Under the pieces are notes generated by a model that saw nothing but the letters and a program-made list of their open reading frames with translations, had not been told where the DNA came from and made no database searches. The translations under genes and the position numbers were made by a program. This document shows positions 26,501-35,146 of a stretch of DNA of 42,891 nucleotides, one piece after another. The DNA is from Armatimonadota bacterium (GTDB taxonomy: Bacteria; Sysuimicrobiota; Sysuimicrobiia; Sysuimicrobiales; Kaftiobacteriaceae), in contig JBBIUY010000026.1 of assembly GCA_037440005.1 (NCBI GenBank), positions 1-42,891 of the forward strand, read 5' to 3'. The stretch's first letter is position 1; the number at the start of each line of letters is the position of its first letter.

Positions 26501-27959
26501 CCGGGTGGCGGTGAAGCTGGTGGCGGCCGCGGGGGTGGGCGCCATCGCCGCGGGCGTCGCCAAGGCCGGTGCCGACACCATCCAGATCAGCGGCCACGAC
26601 GGCGGCACGGGCGCCTCGCCCCTGGACTCCATCAAGAACGCCGGCGTGCCCTGGGAGCTGGGGCTGGCGGAGGTGCAGCAGGTCCTGGTCCGCAACGACC
26701 TGCGGAGCCGGGTGCGGCTGCGGGTGGACGGCGGCCTGAAGATCGGGCGGGACGTGATCGTCGCCGCCTGCCTGGGAGCCGACGAGTTCGGCTTCGGGTC
26801 GGCGGCGGTGGTGGCCCTGGGGTGCGTGATGGCCCGCCAGTGCCACCTCAACACCTGCCCGGCGGGCATCGCCACCCAGCGGGAGGACCTCCGACGCCGC
26901 TTTCGCGGAACCCCCGAGATGGTGGCCGCCTACCTCCGGGGCGTCGCCGAGGACGTGCGCCGGTGGCTGGCGCGCCTGGGCGCCCGCTCCCTGGACGACG
27001 TGATCGGCCGGGTGGACCTGCTGCGCCCCCGGCCGGTGGACCACCCGCGGGCCCGCACGGTGGACCTGGGGTTCGTCCTGGCCGATCCCGACCCCGCCCG
27101 CGTCCGCCCGCGCCGCGCCGGGGCGGGCCAGCCTCGCCGGGCCGAGGGGCGGTTGGACCAGCAGATCCTGGCCGACATCAGCACCGCGCTGGAGCAGGGC
27201 CGGACCGTGGACCTCACGTACCCCATCGCCCCCTCCGACCGCGCCGTGGGCACCCGGCTGGCCGGCGTCCTGGCGGAGCGCTACGGAGACGAGGGCCTCC
27301 CGCCCGGAACGGTCACCCTGCGCTTTCACGGCAGCGCCGGCCAGAGCTTCGGCGCATTCCTGGTGCCGGGCATCACCGTGGTGCTGGAGGGGGAGGCCAA
27401 CGACTACGTGGGCAAGGGGATGGCCGGCGGCGAGATCGTCATCCGCCCTCCCGCCGGGTGCGCCGCGGTCGTCGAGGACGGGGTCATCATGGGCAACACG
27501 GTGCTGTACGGCGCCACCGGCGGCCGGCTGTTCGCCGCGGGGCGCGCCGGCGAACGCTTTGCGGTCCGCAACAGCGGAGCGGTGGCCGTGGTGGAGGGGG
27601 TCGGGGACCACGGGTGCGAGTACATGACCGGCGGGATCGTGGTGGTCCTCGGCGAGATCGGCCGCAACTTCGCCGCGGGCATGACCGGAGGGGTGGCCTA
27701 CGTGCTGGACGAGGCCGGACTCCTGCCCGTCCGCTGCAACCCCGAGCACGTGGGCTGGAGCAGGCTGGAAGACCCCGACGACGAGGCGCTGGTGCTGGGA
27801 CTGGTGGCCGAACACGCCCGGCTGACCGGCAGCCGCCGGGCCAGCCGGATCCTCGCCCGCTGGGGCGTCTGCGCGCCCCTGTTCTGGAAGGTGGCGCCCC
27901 GGACGCCGACCCCGGCGCCCGCCGCGGCGGCGCCCGAGTCCCGCCCGGTCCCCCCTTGA
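23544..27959 (+). CDS. gltB: Glutamate synthase large subunit
   Basis: ERDACGVGF (N-terminal Cys), HQRYSTNT, HNGEINT, FAQVTNPPIDP, KMAQGSKPGEGGQLP, CVMARQCHLNTC, GXGXG C-terminal domain. GGAGG RBS before GTG 23544. Confidence 0.97.
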   Translation: MDHGIHIERDACGVGFVADVRGRRSHAILAQALAAVAHLRHRGAVAADGRTGDGAGVLTQLPYDLLRRDLGLDLPPDRIAAGMLFLPRTEAGRAAALVERVLTDDGLPPVGWRAVPTDPDALGDHARATRPEIAQVVVARPAGVDPDAFERGLYRCRRRLENRARREGVDLYVASLSGRTMVYKALLSSPALPRFYPDLTDPAYVTALAVFHQRYSTNTFPSWRLAQPFRVLAHNGEINTLTGNVLWMRAREAALRSAVWGAGIEDLRPVVQEGGSDSAMLDNVAELLALSGRRLPHALAMLVPQAWEEIADIDPAVRAFYAFHACLTEPWDGPAALAFSDGTVVGGALDRNGLRPARYLVTREGRVILASEAGVVDVPAEQVAEKGRLGPGQMLVVDTARARVVRDDEIKRELARARPYGEWVRRHLVSLPARLPSSAAGPEADGVPLPVRQRLFGYTAEDVERILRPMVAERKDPVFSMGDDIPPAVLSERPRLLYQYFKQRFAQVTNPPIDPLRERAVMSLAVLVGPRPSLLEETPEHARLLRLPTPVLLPDELRWICDRGPYAVRALQARFPADRGEAGLREALAALEEDAAVAAAAGELVLLRDVDVGRGWAPVPMLLAVAAVHHGLIRRGLRMRTSILVETAEAREVHHLACLMGYGASVVCPVLALQTLAADPHLRGPAAERWAAYRTALEAGLLKVMSKMGISTVGGYCGAQVFEALGLHRDLVDRYFTGTPSRLGGIGLREIAADVLERHRAAWEDPQAPLPDPGLVRFRRGGEYHAFNPYVVKAAHRAAREEGGDAARAALVNLVTSRPPTAVRDLLEPVPQTPVPLDEVEPAEAILARFVISAMSFGALSREAHEALAVAAARVGARSNCGEGGEDPRRYPTEANSRIKQIASARFGVTPAYILSAEELEIKMAQGSKPGEGGQLPGHKVSEEIARIRRAQPGITLISPPPHHDIYSIEDLAQLIYDLRAVHPRARVAVKLVAAAGVGAIAAGVAKAGADTIQISGHDGGTGASPLDSIKNAGVPWELGLAEVQQVLVRNDLRSRVRLRVDGGLKIGRDVIVAACLGADEFGFGSAAVVALGCVMARQCHLNTCPAGIATQREDLRRRFRGTPEMVAAYLRGVAEDVRRWLARLGARSLDDVIGRVDLLRPRPVDHPRARTVDLGFVLADPDPARVRPRRAGAGQPRRAEGRLDQQILADISTALEQGRTVDLTYPIAPSDRAVGTRLAGVLAERYGDEGLPPGTVTLRFHGSAGQSFGAFLVPGITVVLEGEANDYVGKGMAGGEIVIRPPAGCAAVVEDGVIMGNTVLYGATGGRLFAAGRAGERFAVRNSGAVAVVEGVGDHGCEYMTGGIVVVLGEIGRNFAAGMTGGVAYVLDEAGLLPVRCNPEHVGWSRLEDPDDEALVLGLVAEHARLTGSRRASRILARWGVCAPLFWKVAPRTPTPAPAAAAPESRPVPP

Positions 27960-27984
27960 CCGGCGGCGGACCGTGTGCTAGGGT
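27956..27984 (+). promoter_or_regulatory. Sigma70-type promoter for amt; -35 overlaps the gltB stop
   Basis: TTGACC 27956-27961, 17-nt spacer, TG-C-TAGGGT. Confidence 0.65.
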
Positions 27985-28015
27985 AGCGACCAAAGTGTAG
28001 ATTGCACGCGGGGCC

Positions 28016-28051
28016 ACGGCGCCCTCCATCGGGAGGGCGCCGTCTGTTTTT
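28016..28051 (+). terminator. Intrinsic terminator in the amt leader (candidate ANTAR-type attenuator)
   Basis: 12-bp stem ACGGCGCCCTCC/GGAGGGCGCCGT, ATCG loop, then CTGTTTTT. Its 5' arm overlaps the hairpin GGGC-CACGGC-GCCC (28011-28024). Confidence 0.8.
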
Positions 28052-28075
28052 GCAGGCCCGCAGGAGGCTGGTGGC

Positions 28076-29488
28076 GTGGCGCGGATGGTGCTGGCAGCGG
28101 GCTGGACGGTGGCGGCGGCGGTCCCCGCCTGGGCCGGCGACCCGGCGGGTGAAGCCACCCTGGCGTCGCACCCGGCGGCCGCGGTCAACTTCACCTGGAC
28201 GCTGGTGGCCGCCTTCCTGGTGTTCTTCATGCAGGCGGGGTTCGCGCTGCTGGGGGCGGGGCTGATCCGCTCCAAAAACACCGTCAACTACCTCACCAAG
28301 AGTTTCATGGACTTCTGCATGGCCTCCCTGGCCTTCTGGGCCTTCGGATTCGCCTTCATGTTCGGCGGCAGCGCCCTCGCCCCCGGCCTGGAAGCGGGCA
28401 ACGCCCTGATCGGGTACTCCGGGTTCTTCCTCGCCGGCGACGGCTACGACGTGACCACCGTCCTGTACTGGTTCTTCCAGATCGTCTTCGCCGCCACCGC
28501 GGCCACCATCGTGGCCGGGGCCGTGGCCGAGCGCACCAAGATCACCGCCTACCTGGCCTATAGCTTCCTGGTGTCGGGGCTCATCTATCCCATCTACGGC
28601 CACTGGGTGTGGGGCGGCGGCTGGCTGGGCCGGCTGTCCGCGTACCTGCCGTTTCTGGGGGAGGGGGTGGGCGCGCGCGACTTCGCCGGCTCGGGGGTCG
28701 TGCACGCCGTGGGCGGGCTGGTGGCGCTGGCCGGGGCGGCCATGGTGGGCCCGCGCATCGGCAAGTACAACCCCGACGGCACCCCCAACGTCATCCCGGG
28801 CCACAACATGGCCTACGTGGTGACCGGGACGTTCATCCTGTTCTTCGGGTGGTTCGGCTTCAACCCCGGGTCCACCCTGGCCGCCACCGACCTGCGCATC
28901 TCGGTGATTGCCGTCAACACGTTCCTGGCCGGCACCACCGGCGCCGTGGTGGCGCTGTACCTGTCCCTGCTGCGCACGGGCAAGGCGGACATCACCCTGG
29001 CCTGCAACGGCTCCCTGGCGGGGTTGGTGGCCATCACCGCGCCCTGCGCCTACGTGGCGCCCTGGGCGGCCGTGGTCATCGGGGCGGTGGGAGCGGTGGT
29101 GATGCTGTGGAGCCTGGGCTTTGTGGAGCGCACCCTGAAGGTGGACGACGCCGTGGGGGCCGTCTCGGTGCACGCGGCGGGCGGGCTGTGGGGCCTGCTG
29201 GCGGTCGGCATCTTCGCCGACGGCACCTACGGGGGCGTGCGCGGGCTGGTGGCCGGGTCGTGGGCGCAGCTGGTGGCCCAGGCCGTCAGCGTGGCGACGG
29301 TGACCGCGTGGTCTTTGGCCACCGGCTTTGCCCTGTTCGCCCTGCTGAAGGCCACCGTGGGCCTGCGCGCCTCCCGCGAGGAAGAGCTGGCGGGCCTGGA
29401 CGTGCCCGAGCACGGGGTGGAGTGCTATCCCGAGGTCCTGGTCCCCGTCCTGGGGGCCGCCGCGGACGTCCCGGGAGGACTGTCGTGA
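28076..29488 (+). CDS. amtB: Ammonium transporter
   Basis: FMQAGFA, FQ.VFA, GAVAER, HWVWGGG, DFAGSGVVH, GWFGFNPGS, NG.LAGLVAIT, DDAVGAVSVH (twin His), GLD..EHG. AGGAGG RBS. Confidence 0.96.
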   Translation: MARMVLAAGWTVAAAVPAWAGDPAGEATLASHPAAAVNFTWTLVAAFLVFFMQAGFALLGAGLIRSKNTVNYLTKSFMDFCMASLAFWAFGFAFMFGGSALAPGLEAGNALIGYSGFFLAGDGYDVTTVLYWFFQIVFAATAATIVAGAVAERTKITAYLAYSFLVSGLIYPIYGHWVWGGGWLGRLSAYLPFLGEGVGARDFAGSGVVHAVGGLVALAGAAMVGPRIGKYNPDGTPNVIPGHNMAYVVTGTFILFFGWFGFNPGSTLAATDLRISVIAVNTFLAGTTGAVVALYLSLLRTGKADITLACNGSLAGLVAITAPCAYVAPWAAVVIGAVGAVVMLWSLGFVERTLKVDDAVGAVSVHAAGGLWGLLAVGIFADGTYGGVRGLVAGSWAQLVAQAVSVATVTAWSLATGFALFALLKATVGLRASREEELAGLDVPEHGVECYPEVLVPVLGAAADVPGGLS

Positions 29489-30648
29489 CCCAGGCGCTGC
29501 TGGGGCTGCTGGCCTTCGTCCTGCTGCTGATCCTGTGGGTGGTTCTCCCCCACCGCGTGATCCACCGCCGGCGCCCCGCGGGCGTCCGGCCGATCTCTCC
29601 GTCTTTGGCGGAACGTTCCGCGCCGTCCTCCCGCCCCCATCCGGCCCGGGCGACCCTGGAGGGCCTGAGCCGGCGTCGCTCCGAGCGCCCGTCCCCGCCC
29701 CGGGTGGTGGACCTGCGCCTGCAGAAGCCGTCCCGGCCGGACTCCGCAGGCGCGGTGTACGAGCTGGTGGTGGACCTGGCGGGCGTGCACCAGGCCCGTA
29801 CCGCCTGCGTGCCGGTCTACCGGGACCTGGTGCGGTCGGAGCGGGTCCTGCTGAAGGAACGCTACCGGACCGAGATCGCCGGTCTGCCGCTGGCGGCGGG
29901 CAACGTGCCGTCCCTGGAGCGGGCGGCGCGGGCCGCGCTGGCCTGGCTGCTGGAGGGCAACCGGCTGCCGCGCTTCGTGTTCCGGGCGCCCTCCGGTCCG
30001 GCGGTGCCTGTAGGCGTGCGGGACGGGCGCCTGTGCGCACGCGTGCCGGGCGGCCCCCTGATCGAGGCGACGACCCTGGCCGCCCTGCGCGACCGGCTGG
30101 TCGGTTACCTGGGGCGGGCCGACCTGGAGGTGCGCGCGCTGTCGTGGCGGGACCTGCGCTACCACCCGGCGTGCGCGGTGGTGGAGGGGCAGGGCCTGTG
30201 GGCGCCCCTGTTTTGGGACGACGGCCGGCTGTCGACCCCGGACCTGCCCGTCCGGCCGACCGCGCCCGGGGTGGCGGCCTTCCTGCGGGCGCTGCGGGAG
30301 GTGGTCCCCGCCTCGGGGCCGCTGACTGTGATCTGCCTGGACGGCCGGGCGTGGGCGGAGCTGGACGCGGCCGCCGTCCAGGGTGGCTACGCCCTGTCGG
30401 TCCCCGACGGCCGCGGGCGCAGGGTGGTGGACGTGTGGCAGGTGGACGGGATCGTGGGGTGCGCGCCCGGTGACGGCGCCCCCGGCTCCCGCCGGGTGCT
30501 GCTGGCCCCGGACGTGTGGGTCCTGGCCGCGCTGGTGGGACGGGAGCTGGAGCGCGCCGGGAGGGCGCGGGCGGAGGAGGTTCGGGTGCACCGGACCGAC
30601 AGGACGTCGGCCGGGGCGGGATTCGCAGCGAGGAGTGAGCAGGCATGA
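29485..30648 (+). CDS. Uncharacterised protein with an N-terminal transmembrane anchor
   Basis: GTGA overlap with the amt stop and ATGA overlap with the flotillin start. GGAGG RBS. N-terminal TM (LLGLLAFVLLLILWVVL). No recognised domain. Confidence 0.75.
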   Translation: MTQALLGLLAFVLLLILWVVLPHRVIHRRRPAGVRPISPSLAERSAPSSRPHPARATLEGLSRRRSERPSPPRVVDLRLQKPSRPDSAGAVYELVVDLAGVHQARTACVPVYRDLVRSERVLLKERYRTEIAGLPLAAGNVPSLERAARAALAWLLEGNRLPRFVFRAPSGPAVPVGVRDGRLCARVPGGPLIEATTLAALRDRLVGYLGRADLEVRALSWRDLRYHPACAVVEGQGLWAPLFWDDGRLSTPDLPVRPTAPGVAAFLRALREVVPASGPLTVICLDGRAWAELDAAAVQGGYALSVPDGRGRRVVDVWQVDGIVGCAPGDGAPGSRRVLLAPDVWVLAALVGRELERAGRARAEEVRVHRTDRTSAGAGFAARSEQA

Positions 30649-32024
30649 CGGTGGTGTGGAGTCTGGCAGCGGTCCTGGCGGTCGGAGCGCTGGTGCTGTG
30701 GGCGGTGCGGTACACCACGGTCGGCCCCAACGAGGCGCTGATCGTCTCCGGCCGCCGCCGCCGGGTGCGCCTGCCCGACGGCACGGTGCGCACGGTAGGC
30801 TACCGGCTGGTCCTGGGCGGCGGCACCTTCGTGTGGCCCGTGCGAGAGAAGGTCCAGCGGCTGTCCCTGGAGCTGATGACCCTGGAGGTGCGCACCGCCG
30901 AGGTGTATACCGCCCACGCCATCCCCATCACCGTGGACGGGGTGGCGCAGGTGCGGGTGCGGGGCGACGAGGCCGGGATCGCCACCGCCGCCCAGCAGTT
31001 CCTGTCCCGATCCCGCGAGGACATCATGCGGACGGTCCAGCAGACCCTCGAGGGCCACCTGCGGGCCGCCATCGGCACCATGACGGTGGAGGAGATCTAC
31101 CGGAGCCGGGACACCCTGGCGCGCACGGCCCGGGAGGCGGCCGCCGGGGACCTGGCCGCGATGGGCCTGGAGATCGTCTCCCTCACCATCCGCACCATCG
31201 CCGACAGCCAGGGCTATCTGGAGGCCCTGGCCCGGCCGCGCATCGCCCAGGTCAAGCGGGACGCGGTCAAGGCCGAGGCCGAGGCCGAACGGGAGGCCCA
31301 GCAGACGCGCCTGGCCGCCGAGGTGGAGGTGGAGCGGGCGCGCCGGGATCTGGAGGTGCGCCGGGCGGCCTACGAGGCGGAGGTGGCCGCCCAGCGGGCC
31401 CAGGCCGATCTGGCCTACGAGCTCCACCGCCACCGGATCAGCCAGCAGGTAAAGGCCGAGCAGATGCAGGTGAGCATCGTGGAGAAGGACAAGGCCATCG
31501 AGCTGGAGTCGCGGGAGATCCTGCGCCGGGAGAAGGAGCTGGAGGCCCAGGTGCTCAAGCCGGCCCAGGTGGAGCGGGAGCGCGTCCAGCTGCTGGCCGA
31601 GGCCGAGCGGCACCGGCTGGCGGCGGAGGCCGCCGGGCGGGCCGAGGGCATCCGGACCACCGGCGCCGCCGAGGCCGACGCCCTGCGCCTGAAGGGCATC
31701 GCCGAGGCGGAGGCGATGGAGCAGAAGGCCCGGTCCTGGTCCCAGTACACCGAGGCCGCCCTGGCCGACCTGGTCATCCGCATCCTGCCCGACCTGGCCC
31801 GGGCGGTGGCCGAGCCGCTGACCCGCACCGACAAGATCGTGCTCATCGGCAACGGGGAAGGCGCGGGCGCCTCCCGGGTGACGGGAGAGGTGACCCGGGT
31901 GCTGGCCCAGCTGCCCGCGGTGGTGGAGGCCCTGACGGGGGTGAAGCTGGACGCGCTGCTGCGGCGGCTGCCGGGAGCGGATGCGGCGGACCGGCGGCCG
32001 GTGGCCGAGGCCGCGCAGCGATGA
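30645..32024 (+). CDS. Flotillin / SPFH (band 7) family protein
   Basis: GPNEALIVSG, GGGTFVWP, LEGHLRA.IG.MTVEEIY, GY.EAL, AEA-rich coiled coil. Confidence 0.93.
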   Translation: MTVVWSLAAVLAVGALVLWAVRYTTVGPNEALIVSGRRRRVRLPDGTVRTVGYRLVLGGGTFVWPVREKVQRLSLELMTLEVRTAEVYTAHAIPITVDGVAQVRVRGDEAGIATAAQQFLSRSREDIMRTVQQTLEGHLRAAIGTMTVEEIYRSRDTLARTAREAAAGDLAAMGLEIVSLTIRTIADSQGYLEALARPRIAQVKRDAVKAEAEAEREAQQTRLAAEVEVERARRDLEVRRAAYEAEVAAQRAQADLAYELHRHRISQQVKAEQMQVSIVEKDKAIELESREILRREKELEAQVLKPAQVERERVQLLAEAERHRLAAEAAGRAEGIRTTGAAEADALRLKGIAEAEAMEQKARSWSQYTEAALADLVIRILPDLARAVAEPLTRTDKIVLIGNGEGAGASRVTGEVTRVLAQLPAVVEALTGVKLDALLRRLPGADAADRRPVAEAAQR

Positions 32025-32055
32025 CCGCCCACCCCCTGCGCCGACGGAGGACGCC

Positions 32056-33513
32056 ATGAGAGAGCAGATCCGGCCTCACCTGTCCGACCGCCCGCTGGCC
32101 ACCCCCTCCCAGGTGATCGACCTCTGCCGCCGGCAGGGCGTGCAGATGGTGGACTTCCGCTTCACGGACCTGGTGGGCGGATGGCAGCACTTCTCCATCC
32201 CCGCCGACGAGCTGGACGAGAGCATGTTCGTGGAGGGGGTGGGCTTTGACGGCAGCAGCATCCGCGGCTTTCAGGCCATCGACGAGTCCGACATGCTGCT
32301 GGTGCCCGACGCCCGGACGGCGCGCCTGGACCCGCTGCTCCGGGTGCCCACCCTGATGCTCACCTGCGACGTGTACGACCCGGTGACCCGGGAGCGGTAC
32401 ACCCGCGACCCGCGGTACGTGGCCCAGAAGGCGGAAAGCTTTCTGGTCAGCACCGGGATCGCCACCACCAGCTACTGGGGACCCGAGGCGGAGTTCTTCG
32501 TGTTCGACGACGTGCGCTACGACCTGCGGGCCCACAGCGCGTTCTATGCGGTGGACTCGGCCGAAGGCCCGTGGAACACCGGACGGGACGAAAAGCCCAA
32601 CCTGGGCTACAAGCCCCGGCACAAGGAAGGCTACTTCCCCGTGCCGCCCCTGGACAGCCTCCAGGACTTCCGCAGCGAGCTGGTCCTGAAGATGCGCCAG
32701 GCGGGGCTGGAGGTGGAGGTGCACCACCACGAGGTGGCCTCCGCCGGCCAGTGCGAGATCGACCTGCGGTTTTCCACCCTCACCGACATGGCCGACCGGC
32801 TGATGCTGTACAAGTACCTGGTCAAGATGTTCGCCCGGGCCCACTTCAAGACGGCCACGTTCATGCCCAAGCCCATCTTCGGGGACAACGGCTCGGGGAT
32901 GCACTGCCACCAGAGCCTGTGGCGGGACGGGGTGAACCTGTTCTTCGACCCCGACGGCTACGCCCAGCTCAGCGAGCTGGCCATGTACTACATCGGCGGA
33001 TTGCTGCACCACTCGCCGGCGCTGCTGGCCTTCTGCGCGCCCACCACCAACTCGTACCGGCGGCTGGTGCCGGGCTACGAGGCGCCGGTGAACCTGGTGT
33101 ACTCCCAGCGCAACCGCAGCGCCGCGGTGCGCATCCCCGTGTACTCCACCAGCCCGCGGGCCAAGCGCATCGAGTACCGGCCCCCCGACCCGTCGGCCAA
33201 CCCCTACCTGGCGTTCGCGGCTATGCTGCTGGCCGGCCTGGACGGGATCCGCCGCCGGATGGACCCCGGCGACCCCATGGACGTGGACCTGTACGAGCTG
33301 CCCCCCGACCAGGCGCGGCGGATCCGGCAGGTGCCGGGCTCCCTGGAGGGCGCGCTGGCGGCGCTGGAGGAAGACCACGCGTTCCTGCTGGAGGGCGGGG
33401 TGTTCACCCCCGACCTGATCGAGACCTGGCTCCAGATCAAGCGCAGCCGGGAAGTGGACGTCGTCCGCCTGCGGCCCCACCCGGCGGAGTTCTACCTGTA
33501 CTACGATGTCTGA
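32056..33513 (+). CDS. glnA: Glutamine synthetase type I
   Basis: FDGSSIRGF, GPEAEFF, HHHEV, TFMPKP..GDNGSGMH, NSYRRLVPGYEAP, RNRSA.VRIP, RIEYRPPD.SANPY. Adenylylation-type DLYEL. Confidence 0.97.
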   Translation: MREQIRPHLSDRPLATPSQVIDLCRRQGVQMVDFRFTDLVGGWQHFSIPADELDESMFVEGVGFDGSSIRGFQAIDESDMLLVPDARTARLDPLLRVPTLMLTCDVYDPVTRERYTRDPRYVAQKAESFLVSTGIATTSYWGPEAEFFVFDDVRYDLRAHSAFYAVDSAEGPWNTGRDEKPNLGYKPRHKEGYFPVPPLDSLQDFRSELVLKMRQAGLEVEVHHHEVASAGQCEIDLRFSTLTDMADRLMLYKYLVKMFARAHFKTATFMPKPIFGDNGSGMHCHQSLWRDGVNLFFDPDGYAQLSELAMYYIGGLLHHSPALLAFCAPTTNSYRRLVPGYEAPVNLVYSQRNRSAAVRIPVYSTSPRAKRIEYRPPDPSANPYLAFAAMLLAGLDGIRRRMDPGDPMDVDLYELPPDQARRIRQVPGSLEGALAALEEDHAFLLEGGVFTPDLIETWLQIKRSREVDVVRLRPHPAEFYLYYDV

Positions 33514-34120
33514 GCCGGCCGTGGGCCCGCTGGCGACGGGGTTTGTCCTGGGGCTGGCGTTCTGCGCCGCGCCGGGGGCGGTCACCGCCGAGGCGATCCG
33601 CCGCGGGGCCGCCCGGGGGTGGCCGGCGGCCCTGGCCCTGGGGGCCGGCTCGCTGCTGGGAGACGCCCTGTGGGCGGCGGCGGGACTGGCGGGGGCGGCG
33701 TCGCTGGCGCGCGGCGGGCTGGCGCGGGCGCTGGGAGCGGCGGGAGTGGGTCTGCTGCTCTACCTGGCCTGGCAGGCCCTGCAGGAGGCCCGGCGGCAGC
33801 CCCGGAGCCCTTCCCGGGTCCGCGCCGGCGCCGACGTCCTTGCCGGAGCGGCCCTGTCGCTGACGAACCCCCTGGCGGTGGGGTTCTGGTTGACGGCGGG
33901 CGGGGCGGTGGCCGCCCAGGCGCCCGGCGGCTCCGCCGCATTGCCGTGGGTGTTCGCCGGCGTCATGGCCGCGGCGGGGGTGTGGTGCGTGGCCCTCTCC
34001 GCCGCCGTGTCCTGGGCGCGCCGGTGGATGACGGGGCCCGCCCTGCGGGTGCTGTCAGTGCTGAGCGCCCTGCTCCTCCTGGGTGCGGGCGTGCGCCTGG
34101 CCCTGGGGCTGCTGGGTTAG
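33506..34120 (+). CDS. LysE family translocator
   Basis: GLAFCAAPGAV, G..LGD, LSLTNP..FW. About 6 TM segments. Confidence 0.85.
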   Translation: MSEPAVGPLATGFVLGLAFCAAPGAVTAEAIRRGAARGWPAALALGAGSLLGDALWAAAGLAGAASLARGGLARALGAAGVGLLLYLAWQALQEARRQPRSPSRVRAGADVLAGAALSLTNPLAVGFWLTAGGAVAAQAPGGSAALPWVFAGVMAAAGVWCVALSAAVSWARRWMTGPALRVLSVLSALLLLGAGVRLALGLLG

Positions 34121-35029
34121 CACGATCCGGCACCCGACCACCGGGGTCTCGGCGTCCGGCGGAGCGTTGCCGGCCAGCAGGGCGTCCAGCGCCTCCCGCA
34201 GGTACGGACGCCGGACCGCCGAGGGGTCCTCGGGTGAGTCGTCGACGGCTCCGTGGTAGCGCAGGATCCGGCTGTCGTCGAACAGGAACACCTCCGGGGT
34301 GCGGGTGGCGCCGTACCGGCGCGCCACCTCCTGGCCGGGGTTGGCCAGGAAAGGGAAGGGATACCCGCGCTGCCGGACCCGGCGGCGCATGTTCTCCTCG
34401 CTGTCTTCGGGGTGCCGCCGGGGATCGGTGGGGTTGACCAGCAGCAGCTGTACCCCCCGGGGGCCGTACTCCCGCTGGACCTGGATCAGCCGGTCCTCCC
34501 ACGCCAGGGCGTACGGGCAGTGCAGACAGGTGAAGATCACCCCCAGGACTCGGGCGGCGCGGTAGTCGTCGGTGCTGCGCACGCGGCCGTCGGCGTCCCG
34601 GAGGGCGAACGGGATGAGGCGGGACCCCACCGGCAGGGGCCCGGGCGCGGCGGCCGCCGACCGGGAGCCGGCGGCGTCCGGTCCGACCGGGGCTGCCTCA
34701 CCTTCCGGAGGGCGGCGTCCCAGGACGGAGCGCAGCGCGTCCAGCAGCATCGCGACCGTGGGCACCGGGATCACCCGGCCGTCGGGAGTGTGGAAGACCC
34801 GGCAGGTCAGGCCGTAGGCGGCGCCGGGGGCGGGGAACAGGTCCACCCCGTCCACGCGGATGGTGGGCGAGCCGGGAAAGCGGAGCGCGCGGGCCTGCTC
34901 GTCGCTGTCCACCCGGATCAGGCGCACCAGCGCGGACACCCCCGCGGCGTCCAGGGCCTGGCGCAGGCGCTCCAGGGTCGGCCCGTGGGAAGGGCAGTCT
35001 TCCCAGTACAGGAACTCGATCTCCGGCAT
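34055..35029 (-). CDS. Fusion of a thioredoxin-like (DUF2703/MerB-N-like) domain and an AhpC/TSA thioredoxin-family domain
   Basis: N-domain Y.EDCP..FPGSPTIRVDG.DL..TCRV. C-domain FTCLHCPY, YGATRTPEVF, YHGAVDD, VGC.I. Overlaps lysE convergently by 66 nt. Confidence 0.8.
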   Translation of the reverse strand: MPEIEFLYWEDCPSHGPTLERLRQALDAAGVSALVRLIRVDSDEQARALRFPGSPTIRVDGVDLFPAPGAAYGLTCRVFHTPDGRVIPVPTVAMLLDALRSVLGRRPPEGEAAPVGPDAAGSRSAAAAPGPLPVGSRLIPFALRDADGRVRSTDDYRAARVLGVIFTCLHCPYALAWEDRLIQVQREYGPRGVQLLLVNPTDPRRHPEDSEENMRRRVRQRGYPFPFLANPGQEVARRYGATRTPEVFLFDDSRILRYHGAVDDSPEDPSAVRRPYLREALDALLAGNAPPDAETPVVGCRIVLTQQPQGQAHARTQEEQGAQH

Positions 35030-35146
35030 CCGGACTCTCCTCCCGATGGTGTCACAGACTCTCCGTGTCGGTCAACCGGACGGCCGGGGAGGCCCATTCC
35101 CGGCCGTTGAGGCGGCGGGCGGCCTGGGCTACAGTGGGAGTGGTCT

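Noticed and set aside
34055..35029. Selenoprotein in the thioredoxin-fold fusion
   Set aside because: There is no in-frame TGA. The motif cysteines are ordinary Cys codons.
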